DNA of 64,000 nucleotides, taken from Chlamydiota bacterium. Lineage in GTDB: Bacteria; Chlamydiota; Chlamydiia; Chlamydiales; JAAZZY01. The notes under the pieces are model-generated. The model did not search any database. It saw only the letters and a list, made by a program, of their open reading frames with translations, and had not been told where the DNA came from. Below, one piece after another: positions 27,426 to 36,455 of this stretch. Positions within the stretch are counted from its first letter, which is position 1; every line of letters starts with the position of its first letter. A program made the position numbers and the translations under genes. The DNA is taken from positions 6,293-70,292 of the forward strand of contig JAJACV010000053.1 in the NCBI GenBank assembly GCA_022601335.1, given 5' to 3'.

Positions 27426-29297
27426 TTAACTATCTTCTAAACTCTCAGAAATCTCTCTTAAAACTTCAGGTAATTTAAAAGTTTTTAAATAAGCTCTTAT
27501 TGTATCTCGAATATATGTCTCACTAAAAGTTCCTGGGACAATACCTTCTTCTTTTAAAAAGGATAAAGCAACCGTTTTTCTAGTCATTAGAGCTAGGTCA
27601 GCTAGATTGAATTTTTCTTTAGGACCGTGAAATACTATATCATTTAATTTGATGCCTTGCTCTTTTAAGAACTGCAAAATCCTATGAGAAGGATCTATTA
27701 TTCCTTCATATTTCATTATTTTGAGTAAAGCCATTATAGCTATTATATCGGAATCCTGAGGTAGAGAAATAAGACCTCTAAAAATGAGGTATTCTACCAT
27801 GTCAGAGGAGTTGCAAGCTGCTAAAGCAGCCGCCATATTAGTATAAACGGGAAAGGAGATGCTTTTTTGTTTTAGAAATTGAAGGGTATCAACGGAGCCT
27901 TCTGTAATAATTTTGGAACCCACTTCAGAAGAAATTGAGGTGGTTATTCCGAGTTTATCTCTATGTTCAAAAACTAATTCTAAGAGATCGATATCGCCCT
28001 CTAAACACAGGGATTCAAACAGTGTTCTTTTAGTCCAATGTTTCTCTTGAAATTTGATGGGAATTTCTATGTCGTTTGGAAAATTTTTTAAATACCATTC
28101 AAAAACCTTCTTTTTATGGATCTTGATAACTTGAAGATTGTCTAATGCAGATGGACGTAAAGAAGGGTTTTTTCTTAGCCACAATTGAATCAGAGGGTCT
28201 TGAAGTCGAGCAAGATTATGAGAGATAGTCGTTGCTACAACTTCCTTTTGCATATTTTTCAGACAAAGCAGGAGAGGTGTTATTTCATCCCTGAGTTGTG
28301 GTGAATGCACATCAAATCCACGCTCATGAAGTAATTGCAGAATTTCAACTTGTCCAAAGAGTGCAGCTAAGTGAGACAATGAGAGCACCGTTGCATCTTG
28401 AACATAGGGCCCATGGGGAGCAAGTAAAGCGTTTACACCTAAACAACCTCTTGTAGGAACCTGAGAACTGCCAATACCACCAAATAAGACATCCCTATGA
28501 TCATGATGAAAGGGGGATGGACCAAAGCCGGTAGCGCAAGGAGGTTCTCCTTTAATAACTAGTTCCTTTTCAATGAAAAATTGCAAAGCCTTTGCTTTGC
28601 CTAGAATAGTGGCATATTCAGAAAAAGTGAAGTGGTTATAAAAATGATTTGCATTATTCCACATAGGGTCTTCAGAGTATATTTTCAATTGATTGAGATC
28701 CTCTGAATCGATAGCTCTAAACACATTAGAGCGAAATGTTATTTCCTGGAGATTGTGATTTCCGCTAGGCAATGAGGTCATGCCCATTCTTTCTAATAAT
28801 CCACTTCCTTCTTCATGAGTCTCTAAGGTGCTCTGAAGTAAATCAGGATCATCAGAAGTGTCTAAAACTTCCTGACATCTATCTAGAAATGAAGAGTATC
28901 TTTGAGCCGCCTCTTCATGGCTTTCAAATAGTCTTGTAAATAGAGGAAAACATTGAATAACAACCGGTGGAGAAGCGAGTTGTTTGAAGGTTCCCAAATG
29001 TTCAAAAATGGATTCAGCTAAAGTTGCTTTCGTGGGCAGTAATCCCTCAGACAATTTTATTATTTGAGAAAAAATCGATTTAATTTTTGAAACTAGAGTT
29101 TCATTTATCACCATATAAGGAATTAAAGTATAGGTCGGTCGATTAAACTGAGCTGAAACCCCACTTCCAGGTCCTTCGGGGGGCGGTGGGGGATCAAAAA
29201 AGTTGCTTTGTGAAAAATTAAAAAGGTTCGTTTGAGGGTGGGGTAAATCGAAAAAGGAAGAAGATGTAGAGTTTGTCGATAATAAGTTAGAAGTCAT
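27426..29297 (-). CDS. Large hypothetical protein with degenerate ankyrin-like repeats and a disordered Pro/Ser/Asn-rich N-terminus
   Basis: 623 aa. The N-terminus is MTSNLLSTNSTSSSFFDLPHPQTNLFNFSQSNFFDPPPPPEGPGSG. ANK-like units include LSHLAALFGQVEILQLLHERGFDVHSP...ITPLLLCL. The start overlaps the aclA stop by 11 nt. Confidence 0.65.
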   Translation of the reverse strand: MTSNLLSTNSTSSSFFDLPHPQTNLFNFSQSNFFDPPPPPEGPGSGVSAQFNRPTYTLIPYMVINETLVSKIKSIFSQIIKLSEGLLPTKATLAESIFEHLGTFKQLASPPVVIQCFPLFTRLFESHEEAAQRYSSFLDRCQEVLDTSDDPDLLQSTLETHEEGSGLLERMGMTSLPSGNHNLQEITFRSNVFRAIDSEDLNQLKIYSEDPMWNNANHFYNHFTFSEYATILGKAKALQFFIEKELVIKGEPPCATGFGPSPFHHDHRDVLFGGIGSSQVPTRGCLGVNALLAPHGPYVQDATVLSLSHLAALFGQVEILQLLHERGFDVHSPQLRDEITPLLLCLKNMQKEVVATTISHNLARLQDPLIQLWLRKNPSLRPSALDNLQVIKIHKKKVFEWYLKNFPNDIEIPIKFQEKHWTKRTLFESLCLEGDIDLLELVFEHRDKLGITTSISSEVGSKIITEGSVDTLQFLKQKSISFPVYTNMAAALAACNSSDMVEYLIFRGLISLPQDSDIIAIMALLKIMKYEGIIDPSHRILQFLKEQGIKLNDIVFHGPKEKFNLADLALMTRKTVALSFLKEEGIVPGTFSETYIRDTIRAYLKTFKLPEVLREISESLEDS

Positions 29298-31152
29298 TTA
29301 AATGTTCTGGAATTATATTCTCAGCTTTTTTTATGTCATAAAGAATATCGTCAGTCTGATGACGATAAAGCGGCATATTCAATCTTTTTTCATCTAAAAT
29401 ATGACCTACGAATCCTATAGATCTACCAATCACAAAGAAGGCATTTAGTACGCCCACATCAATGAATTCATTAATGTCGTCTTCTGAATAATTTAAGTTT
29501 CTCCACATATCCACCATAAGCACGCCTATGACACCATCGACATTGAGAATTAAATTTTCCTTTTTAGCTGTCGTAATTTGCTCAACCCTTAAAGCATAAT
29601 CTAATAAGGAGGTGCTCGGAAAACTATCATAAGCAAAGCGCTTTAGACAAGAGACTCTTAAATCTGGGTTTCTTATCGATTTCACTCGGTGCCCAATCCC
29701 AGGAATAGGAGTGTTTGTTTTTTTCATCTCTTCAACAAATTCTTTAGGGTCTTGTTCTTTTGAAAGCGCATTTTTAAAATATTTAGCAGCTCCATCAATA
29801 GCGCCACCAAATTTAGGTCCAATAGTAAGTAGGCCTGTAACAAGCGATGAAACTAAGTCTTTTCCAGCTCTTGCGGTGACTCTAGAATTATGGGCTCCGC
29901 TGACCGCAGGTCCGTGGTCAGCCACTGTCTTAATAACGGTTTCAATAAACTCAACAGCCCATCTTGGGAAACGTTTTTTAAACCAAAGTAGCGTAAGTAC
30001 ATCGCCTATAGAAAAGCCTGTTTCTGGTGTTGCAAGAGAACTAATAGGGTAACCCGCATAAACAGCTTCTTCTCCTCGATCATCCGAAATAGTGCAGATA
30101 AAGTTTGTCGCTTTTCTGACCTTACCCGTTTTTTGAGCTGTCTTATAGTCTTCTGGAATATTGGGAACTTCTTCTTCGGAAGTCTCTTGAATAATTCCTT
30201 CTGCATGGAGGTCTTTATAGATAGCTTCTATGACTTCAGGTAGATGGTTAAAGGTTTTAGGAACATGTATACCCGCTTTTCTCATGGCTTTATTTTTAGC
30301 TTCAGCAGTTTCTATATCCTTTTTTGCCGATGCTCCAGCATGGCCAAATTGAATAGATTGATTGAAGTGGTTAGCCACTGTACCTATACACCAAGCTATT
30401 ACAGGTTTTTTTATCAGACCTTTTGTTACAGCTTCAACTATCTCATATTCAGCGAGTCCTCCAACTTCACCCAGTACAATCATGTATTTGATTGCTGGAT
30501 TATTTTCCATTCTTAGAAGATGGTCTATGTAAGAAGAGCCAGGGAAACGATCTCCACCAATAGCAAGCCCCTCTGCCATCCCATCGGTTCTTAATGAAAT
30601 AATATTAGCTAGCTCGTTGAACAATCCGCCTGACTTTGTTACAACACCACAAGAGCCAGGCCGGTGCAACTTTGCATTCAAAATATTAGAGATAGTGCCT
30701 CCCACATTTCCTGTTTTGAAGCCTCCTGGAGTAATAGCTCCCACACTTGCAGGACCAATGACAACTTTCCCCTGATTTTTGGCCTCGAGAGCTAGCTCTC
30801 TTGCAAAACGCTCAGGAATACCTTCTGCTGTAATCATGAGTGTTTTTAAAGAAGGGAATTTTAAAGCTTCTTTCGTTACATCATACGCGGATCTAAAAGA
30901 GGCGAAGTTTAACAAAACGGCGGTATCAGGATGTTTTTCTACAGCTTCTTGAGTAGATGTGTAAAGAGGGATTAAAACCTCTTTAGCTCCCATAAAAAAC
31001 TTTTGAAAAGAGGAGGGTTTAGAGGGCTGAACAATGGCTGAAATAGAGGGAGTATCACGTCCGCATAAGTAGTCATAGTCTAGCATTCTTTGGATAGCTT
31101 TTGGATTATTATTCCAGAAAATTGCCTGCGTCTCTCTGTTAAATAAAGTCAT
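29287..31152 (-). CDS. aclA: ATP-citrate lyase large subunit (CoA-ligase alpha-like domain fused to a citrate-synthase-like domain)
   Basis: 621 aa. Contains the phosphohistidine loop QFGHAGA, VADHGPAVSGAHNSRVTARAGKDLVSSL..GLLTIGPKFGGA, GIGHRVKS, and LILNVDG ... GHILDEKRL..PLYRH. These closely match my recollection of eukaryotic ACLY. Confidence 0.9.
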   Translation of the reverse strand: MTLFNRETQAIFWNNNPKAIQRMLDYDYLCGRDTPSISAIVQPSKPSSFQKFFMGAKEVLIPLYTSTQEAVEKHPDTAVLLNFASFRSAYDVTKEALKFPSLKTLMITAEGIPERFARELALEAKNQGKVVIGPASVGAITPGGFKTGNVGGTISNILNAKLHRPGSCGVVTKSGGLFNELANIISLRTDGMAEGLAIGGDRFPGSSYIDHLLRMENNPAIKYMIVLGEVGGLAEYEIVEAVTKGLIKKPVIAWCIGTVANHFNQSIQFGHAGASAKKDIETAEAKNKAMRKAGIHVPKTFNHLPEVIEAIYKDLHAEGIIQETSEEEVPNIPEDYKTAQKTGKVRKATNFICTISDDRGEEAVYAGYPISSLATPETGFSIGDVLTLLWFKKRFPRWAVEFIETVIKTVADHGPAVSGAHNSRVTARAGKDLVSSLVTGLLTIGPKFGGAIDGAAKYFKNALSKEQDPKEFVEEMKKTNTPIPGIGHRVKSIRNPDLRVSCLKRFAYDSFPSTSLLDYALRVEQITTAKKENLILNVDGVIGVLMVDMWRNLNYSEDDINEFIDVGVLNAFFVIGRSIGFVGHILDEKRLNMPLYRHQTDDILYDIKKAENIIPEHLNDF

Positions 31153-32468
31153 ACTAAAACCCCTTCTTTTTGAGTAATCAGTGCTTTTCTTACGATGTCA
31201 GTTAGGTGGGTATCAGGGCCATGGACTTCAATAGGAAGGCCTAATTGGCTAGCTGCTGTTTCTATGTTTTTTAGGCCTATTTCATAGTTAGGTCCGCCGC
31301 GGCGTACAAAAATACGCGTTTCTACTTCTTTCATTTGTACATGCATTTCTCGGAAAGCTTGAATAATTCCATCAAATGTTTTGGCAACATCGGTAAAGTT
31401 AGCAATGGATCCACCGATAATTAAAACCTTACCTCGTCCTTTTGGATCTTTTTGCGCGGTCATGAGCTTTAAAACACCCATAGTATAGCAGTAAGTTTCC
31501 TCTTTAGAAGGATTGCCTGAATATTCCCCGTAGTTAGCAATTTCAGAAGCGCCCCATAGATTCGCAATACTATCTGCAAAAACAACGGAGGCTCCTCCTC
31601 CAGCTACAAGAGTCCAAACGATCCCTTCAGAATTAAGTAAACTAAGTTTTAAGCTAGCTCCTGAATTTTCATCCATTGTTTGAATTTCTTTTTCAATGGC
31701 AGTGGGTTCTTTTTCTCCAAAAGCAGAAGGGAATTCAAGATCTCCCCAGGCCTGATTCATTAAGAAGCGTGCTGTATCATCTATTCGAGCTACTACATCT
31801 AGAATATGAACGGTATTTCCATCTAATATAAAGGGATTAAACTCTAAGTAAGAAAAGTGTAAGTTTTTAAAGAATTGATAAAAGCAAAAGACTAAATCAG
31901 CGAACTGTTTTTTGTTTTCGATCTCTTTTGGAGTATTGTTATATATGAGTTCATTTAATTCGGTATCAGTGGACTGAGGCGCTATACGTAACTCTTTCAC
32001 GCTGTCCCAATTCTCTTCTACTTCAACGCCTCCAAACGCTGACATGTAAAGCAAGTCGCAATCGTTTTCGACGGAAAAAGCGACATAGTATTCAGGTGCT
32101 TTTTTTAAGTTGCAAAAAGGTTCTACAATAAATGTATTTAATTGACCTTTAGTTCCACAGATAAGCGTCGTTTCTTTTTGGCTATTGGCATTGATCCACT
32201 CTTTTGCAAGTTTAAGATCGATATCACCCGCAGATTTGTTTTTTAGTAAGACGAGCCGGTTAAGTCCTCTTTTACCAAAAAGCATATCAGGTTTGACCAC
32301 TAAACCTGTTTTTTTTAGCCAATTTTTTTCTTTAGACTGCTCTACTAAGTCATCACCACTATGTACAAGGGCGCTGGAAAAGGGATATTTAAAATTTGGG
32401 AAATAGGTGTTCCAATGTTTTGCTAATATTTTTTTAGCGCTGTATTCTCTGATAGGTTTTTGTGCCAT
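31149..32468 (-). CDS. aclB: ATP-citrate lyase small subunit (ATP-grasp / succinyl-CoA-synthetase-beta-like)
   Basis: 439 aa. Contains LVVKPDMLFGKRG, SGASLKLSLLN, LVAGGGASVVFADSI, ANYGEYSGNPS, IGGSIANFTDVAKTF and FVRRGGPNY. Overlaps aclA by 4 nt (ATGA). Confidence 0.9.
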   Translation of the reverse strand: MAQKPIREYSAKKILAKHWNTYFPNFKYPFSSALVHSGDDLVEQSKEKNWLKKTGLVVKPDMLFGKRGLNRLVLLKNKSAGDIDLKLAKEWINANSQKETTLICGTKGQLNTFIVEPFCNLKKAPEYYVAFSVENDCDLLYMSAFGGVEVEENWDSVKELRIAPQSTDTELNELIYNNTPKEIENKKQFADLVFCFYQFFKNLHFSYLEFNPFILDGNTVHILDVVARIDDTARFLMNQAWGDLEFPSAFGEKEPTAIEKEIQTMDENSGASLKLSLLNSEGIVWTLVAGGGASVVFADSIANLWGASEIANYGEYSGNPSKEETYCYTMGVLKLMTAQKDPKGRGKVLIIGGSIANFTDVAKTFDGIIQAFREMHVQMKEVETRIFVRRGGPNYEIGLKNIETAASQLGLPIEVHGPDTHLTDIVRKALITQKEGVLV

Positions 32469-32526
32469 ACCTGCCCCTTAATGGTTGTTGCAGAAGGGAA
32501 GCTTTTTACAGGTTTTAGTCATTTTT

Positions 32527-33102
32527 TTAAAGAGAATTCGACTCTGCTTTTGAGAGCATATAAAGAGCTTTTGAATGCATTCTTAAAATGGAAAGATCCC
32601 AGTTAAATCTATTAAATTCATTGAGGTAAATCCATTTTAGGTCATGGGATTCATCACTTATAATAAGGGGATCGTTTTTTTTTGCTCTTAGCTGAAATCT
32701 AACATCGTAGTGTAAGTGGGCACTTACATTTTTATATGGAGGAATCTCATGAATAGAAAGATCTAAGATTTCATCGGAAATAAGTTCAATATCTTTAAGG
32801 CCTGATTCCTCGTAAGCCTCTTTAAGGCAAACGTTGATTAAATCAGGATCGCCGTCAGCATGGCCTCCTAATTGAAGCCATTGATGTAATTTTTTATGCA
32901 GAGTAAACAAACAGGCTGTATAATCTTCATTCCAAAGCCAGCAAGAGGCTGTTAAGTGTCCTGTTTCTAGGGTGCGGTGAAAGCAATCTTCATTATTATT
33001 TATGAATGACTCGAATTTAGATGCAATTTCAAGGTCTATCGGCTTTAAGTGAGTCAGTGTTTTGTAATGGGCGATTTTTTCCAAGAGAGGAGATCTTTGC
33101 AT
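32527..33102 (-). CDS. NUDIX hydrolase
   Basis: 191 aa with a Nudix-box-like GGHADGDPDLINVCLKEAYEESGL. Confidence 0.7.
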   Translation of the reverse strand: MQRSPLLEKIAHYKTLTHLKPIDLEIASKFESFINNNEDCFHRTLETGHLTASCWLWNEDYTACLFTLHKKLHQWLQLGGHADGDPDLINVCLKEAYEESGLKDIELISDEILDLSIHEIPPYKNVSAHLHYDVRFQLRAKKNDPLIISDESHDLKWIYLNEFNRFNWDLSILRMHSKALYMLSKAESNSL

Positions 33103-33161
33103 ACCTTTACCTGTTTTTGAAAAATTTTAAATAAAGGGATATTTTAAGGAAAGTTAGTACT

Positions 33162-34409
33162 TTACAAAGCATCCATTTTGACTCTGAGTATATCATTCCA
33201 GTTTGTTGTGTAGTCAGGCGTTTTATGTTTAGCTTTGCAAGACCAAGAGCGCGAAAACCCTTCAGCTGCATAAAACAGGGTGTTTTCCCCATATCGTTGA
33301 TTAACAGCGTCTAGTGTTTTCATTAGCTCTTTTTGAGACTGGTTTTCTGAATGTGTTAAATCAAGTTGAATGTTTTTTTGTGAAGCGAGTTGATTGAGTT
33401 GTATTCCGGCTTTTAGATAGACTCCTTTTATATAAAGTTGCTTTAATAATTTTAGAGATGTTTCGATATAGATAGACGTTGAATTTGATGGAAATGAAAG
33501 AGAAGCTGTTTGCGTAGCAAAACCGTCTCTTCTTTTTAGATAAAGAGTCAATAAATGAGCGCTGTAGCCTTTGTTCCTAATTTTTAGTGCTGCTTTGGCA
33601 GCATAATGTGCGACAGCTTCAGATAGATGCTCATAAGACGTAATTGAAGAACCGAAAGATTTAGAGTAAATTAAGGACTTTCTTTTGGAATCATTAACCT
33701 CAGGGACGTAGCAAGGTGTTCCTCTAAGTTCAAGGACTGTTCTTAATCCTGGTAAATGTAACTTTCTACGTATCCATCCCTCTGAAGCTACCTTTAAATC
33801 ATATGCCGTTATGATTTGATGAGAATGTAGTTTTTTATTTTGAGCTCTTCCTATTCCCCAAATATCTCTTATAGGAATTGTTTTTAGAATAGCATCGTGT
33901 GTTTTGGGGTCCATAAGTGAGTAAAGTTTATCGTTCATTTTTTTGGCTTTATGAGCCGCGACTTTAGCAAGTGTTTTAGTGGGCCCTAAACCTATCGACA
34001 CAGGGATTCCGGTCCATTGAAAAATACGTTCTTTTAAATAGCGAAAGTCTTCAAGCGTTTGACAGTCTATGGGCACAAAAGCTTCGTCAATAGAGTAAAT
34101 TTCTAAATCCGAGCTAAATTGAGAAATAACTTGCATAACTCGATCAGAGAAATCGGCATAAAGATTGAAGTTAGAGGAAAATAAGTAAGCTTTGTGCCTT
34201 TCAAGAAGGTTTTTATATTCAAATAAAGGCGCTCCCATAGGTACACCTAAATCTTTAACTTCTTGAGATCTGGCTATAATACAACCATCGTTAGTTGATA
34301 AAACAGCAACAGGTAGGAAGTTTAAATGCGGTTTAAAAACACGTTCACATGAAACAAAAAAATTGTTGCAATCTATGAGAGCAAATCCTTTACAAACTGT
34401 GGATGGCAT
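33162..34409 (-). CDS. umuC: Y-family translesion DNA polymerase (UmuC-like)
   Basis: 415 aa. Contains FALIDCNNFFVSCE, SIDEAF, and WGIG ... LKVA (HhH). Follows and overlaps the umuD-like gene. Confidence 0.85.
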   Translation of the reverse strand: MPSTVCKGFALIDCNNFFVSCERVFKPHLNFLPVAVLSTNDGCIIARSQEVKDLGVPMGAPLFEYKNLLERHKAYLFSSNFNLYADFSDRVMQVISQFSSDLEIYSIDEAFVPIDCQTLEDFRYLKERIFQWTGIPVSIGLGPTKTLAKVAAHKAKKMNDKLYSLMDPKTHDAILKTIPIRDIWGIGRAQNKKLHSHQIITAYDLKVASEGWIRRKLHLPGLRTVLELRGTPCYVPEVNDSKRKSLIYSKSFGSSITSYEHLSEAVAHYAAKAALKIRNKGYSAHLLTLYLKRRDGFATQTASLSFPSNSTSIYIETSLKLLKQLYIKGVYLKAGIQLNQLASQKNIQLDLTHSENQSQKELMKTLDAVNQRYGENTLFYAAEGFSRSWSCKAKHKTPDYTTNWNDILRVKMDAL

Positions 34410-34821
34410 AAGTGACTATACCCCATATAGAAAAATCCATTTCTTCTGTGATTTCTATAGGTTTAAACTTTTCATTCTCAGGTAGGAGAAAAAGCTTAGA
34501 TTTGCTTTTTTTAATTTTTTTAACCGTGAACTCTCCATTAATCACAGCAAGCACAACGTGGTTTTCTTTTGGAGTGATAGAGCGGTCTACAATTAAAAGA
34601 TCTTGATTGTAAATTCCAGCGTCTTTCATAGACTCTCCTTCAACGCGGACGAAAAAGGTTGCAGCTGGATGCTTAATAAGTGATTTATTTAGATCTAATT
34701 TGCGTTCAATACCGTCATCAGCAGGAGAAGGAAACCCTGCCGAAACAGAGTGACTAAACAACGAAAGAAGGTTATTTTGAGAGTCCTCGCTTTGATAAAT
34801 AGAACAAACTTTCATAGACAT
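34390..34821 (-). CDS. umuD: UmuD-like S24 self-cleaving peptidase (no DNA-binding domain)
   Basis: 143 aa. Has the cleavage-site region VSAGFPSPADD, catalytic Ser in GESMKDAGI and Lys in FTVKKIKK. Confidence 0.85.
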   Translation of the reverse strand: MSMKVCSIYQSEDSQNNLLSLFSHSVSAGFPSPADDGIERKLDLNKSLIKHPAATFFVRVEGESMKDAGIYNQDLLIVDRSITPKENHVVLAVINGEFTVKKIKKSKSKLFLLPENEKFKPIEITEEMDFSIWGIVTYAIHSL

Positions 34822-34878
34822 TCTCCATAAGAATCAATTTGAATTCATAGGTAAAAGGAGAATTTTTGGCAAATTAAT

Positions 34879-35604
34879 CTATACAAAAGTTTCTTTTCCA
34901 GGTTTTAAGGCTAGAAGGCAAACGCGTTGCTGTTTATAAGTGGAAGTTTCAGCTATCTGAATAGGGGTAATGCCTTGGTTATCTTGTTCATCGGGTCTTG
35001 CATTCGCATTAACTAGGAGATCTGCTGTCCTTGGACAGCCTGCCTCTGTTGCATCATGGAGGGCTGTTCTTCCATCTAATCTTTTGAAGTTGGGATCTGC
35101 TTGAGCTGATAGCAAAGGTTGAATACATGACTCAAAGCTTAAAGAACTAGCAGCCAGCTGCAGAGGGCTTTTCTTTGAATATGGCAGAGTCATATCGATG
35201 TCTGGAGTCATGAAAGTAAGTGCATAAAGAGTGATTGTAGATAGTTCCGTATGAGCTAGAACCTCTTCTCTCTTGAAATGGTTCCTGCCATAAGGGGCAT
35301 CGACGTTAAAAAAATCTTCCCAAGCTTTAGGTAGCTGAAGTGGATTTTCTTTCACGCATGTAAAAAATGGAGAGCTTTGATGTAAGCTCAGATATGCAAA
35401 GGCAATTTTGCCAATTCTCTCTTGGGTTTGACCTGAGCGCTCTAATTCTTGGCTCAGCTTTTGACAGAAAGATTTGGTTTTGTCGGAAGGTATACTTTGC
35501 AGGTAATTCTTAGTAGAAAAAGTAAGCTTGTCTTCTCTTTGATAGGTTTCAAAGGGGGAGTCAGCTTGAATCATTTCCGTTGGAATATTCAGGGGAGTTG
35601 TCAT
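34879..35604 (-). CDS. Hypothetical protein with C-terminal ankyrin repeats
   Basis: 241 aa. Contains SPLQLAASSLSFESCIQPLLSAQADPN and DGRTALHDATEAGCPRTADLLVNANARPDEQDNQGITPIQIA. Confidence 0.7.
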   Translation of the reverse strand: MTTPLNIPTEMIQADSPFETYQREDKLTFSTKNYLQSIPSDKTKSFCQKLSQELERSGQTQERIGKIAFAYLSLHQSSPFFTCVKENPLQLPKAWEDFFNVDAPYGRNHFKREEVLAHTELSTITLYALTFMTPDIDMTLPYSKKSPLQLAASSLSFESCIQPLLSAQADPNFKRLDGRTALHDATEAGCPRTADLLVNANARPDEQDNQGITPIQIAETSTYKQQRVCLLALKPGKETFV

Positions 35605-35694
35605 ATTAATTTGTTCTCATTTTGATGTAAAATAGTTTAAAAAAAGAATATTTTAGTTTGATGAGATGAAATTAATCAACGAAATTTATTATTT

Positions 35695-35737
35695 TAAAAA
35701 AGCTCTCGCTTTCTCTTTTTTTAAGAAAACGAGAGCT
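35695..35737 (-). terminator. Rho-independent terminator after the OMP gene 35769..36311
   Basis: AGCTCTCG (35701-35708) pairs with CGAGAGCT (35730-35737), with further imperfect pairing inside. On the minus strand a T-run follows. Confidence 0.55.
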
Positions 35738-35768
35738 AGTTGAGAAATAAAGACAGTTGTCCCTAGCA

Positions 35769-36311
35769 TTAGAACATGTAGGTAAGCAATATATTTCCCC
35801 AATTTAACACTCCAACCTCAGTGTTGACTGTATTAGCCTTTTTAAGAGCCTGTTGAGAATAGGAAACAATATTATAAGTCATTGTTAAGTAAACTTTTTT
35901 ATTAAATCGATATTGAGCTCCTGTAGATCCCCAAATATTGTAATCATATTGTACAGTGGATCCACTTTGCTTTCCGAAGTACTCTTTCCATCCAAGAGCA
36001 AGAAAAAGAAACGAAGTGTTATTTAAGCTTTTTTTAAGGAGCGGAAAGTAGTACCGAGCTGTGGCCCCAACGCCAAATAATTCACTATTTGAGTTTTTTT
36101 TGTTTGTTTGATAATTTCCATAAAAAGGTAAAAAATTAACATCAATGGACGCTTGATTATTATTTAAAAAATAATAGACGGGGCCAATTCCTGAAAAGGT
36201 ATCTAAAGTAACTCCAAATCCATTTTGATAATTGTTTTTGCTGTTTGGTTCTGCAAAACATGCTTTAGTAGAGCAAATTGCCACTAAAAGCAGTAAAATT
36301 TTAAATCTCAT
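35769..36311 (-). CDS. Small outer-membrane beta-barrel protein (OmpW/OprF-N-like size class)
   Basis: 180 aa. Signal peptide MRFKILLLLVAICSTKACFA, alternating aromatic beta-strand pattern, and a C-terminal Phe (LLTYMF). Confidence 0.6.
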   Translation of the reverse strand: MRFKILLLLVAICSTKACFAEPNSKNNYQNGFGVTLDTFSGIGPVYYFLNNNQASIDVNFLPFYGNYQTNKKNSNSELFGVGATARYYFPLLKKSLNNTSFLFLALGWKEYFGKQSGSTVQYDYNIWGSTGAQYRFNKKVYLTMTYNIVSYSQQALKKANTVNTEVGVLNWGNILLTYMF

Positions 36312-36455
36312 TTTAACCTCATAATTTAAAGATGCATTTTGTTTAAATCTTCTTATTGCAACTTGCTTTTTAGCTAAAATCTAAAAAAGCACTGTACAAG
36401 AAGTTTATTTTCACCTTTATTGTGTATAGATTAAATTATTTAAATAAAAGAAATA

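Noticed and set aside
33107-33292. 61-aa minus-strand ORF between the NUDIX and umuC genes.
   Set aside because: It mostly overlaps the 3' end of umuC in another frame and has no RBS or recognisable features.
34822-34878. LexA/SOS operator upstream of umuD.
   Set aside because: There is no CTGT-N8-ACAG or GAAC-N4-GTTC motif. Only the imperfect dyad GAATCAATTTGAATTC is present, which is insufficient evidence on its own in AT-rich DNA.
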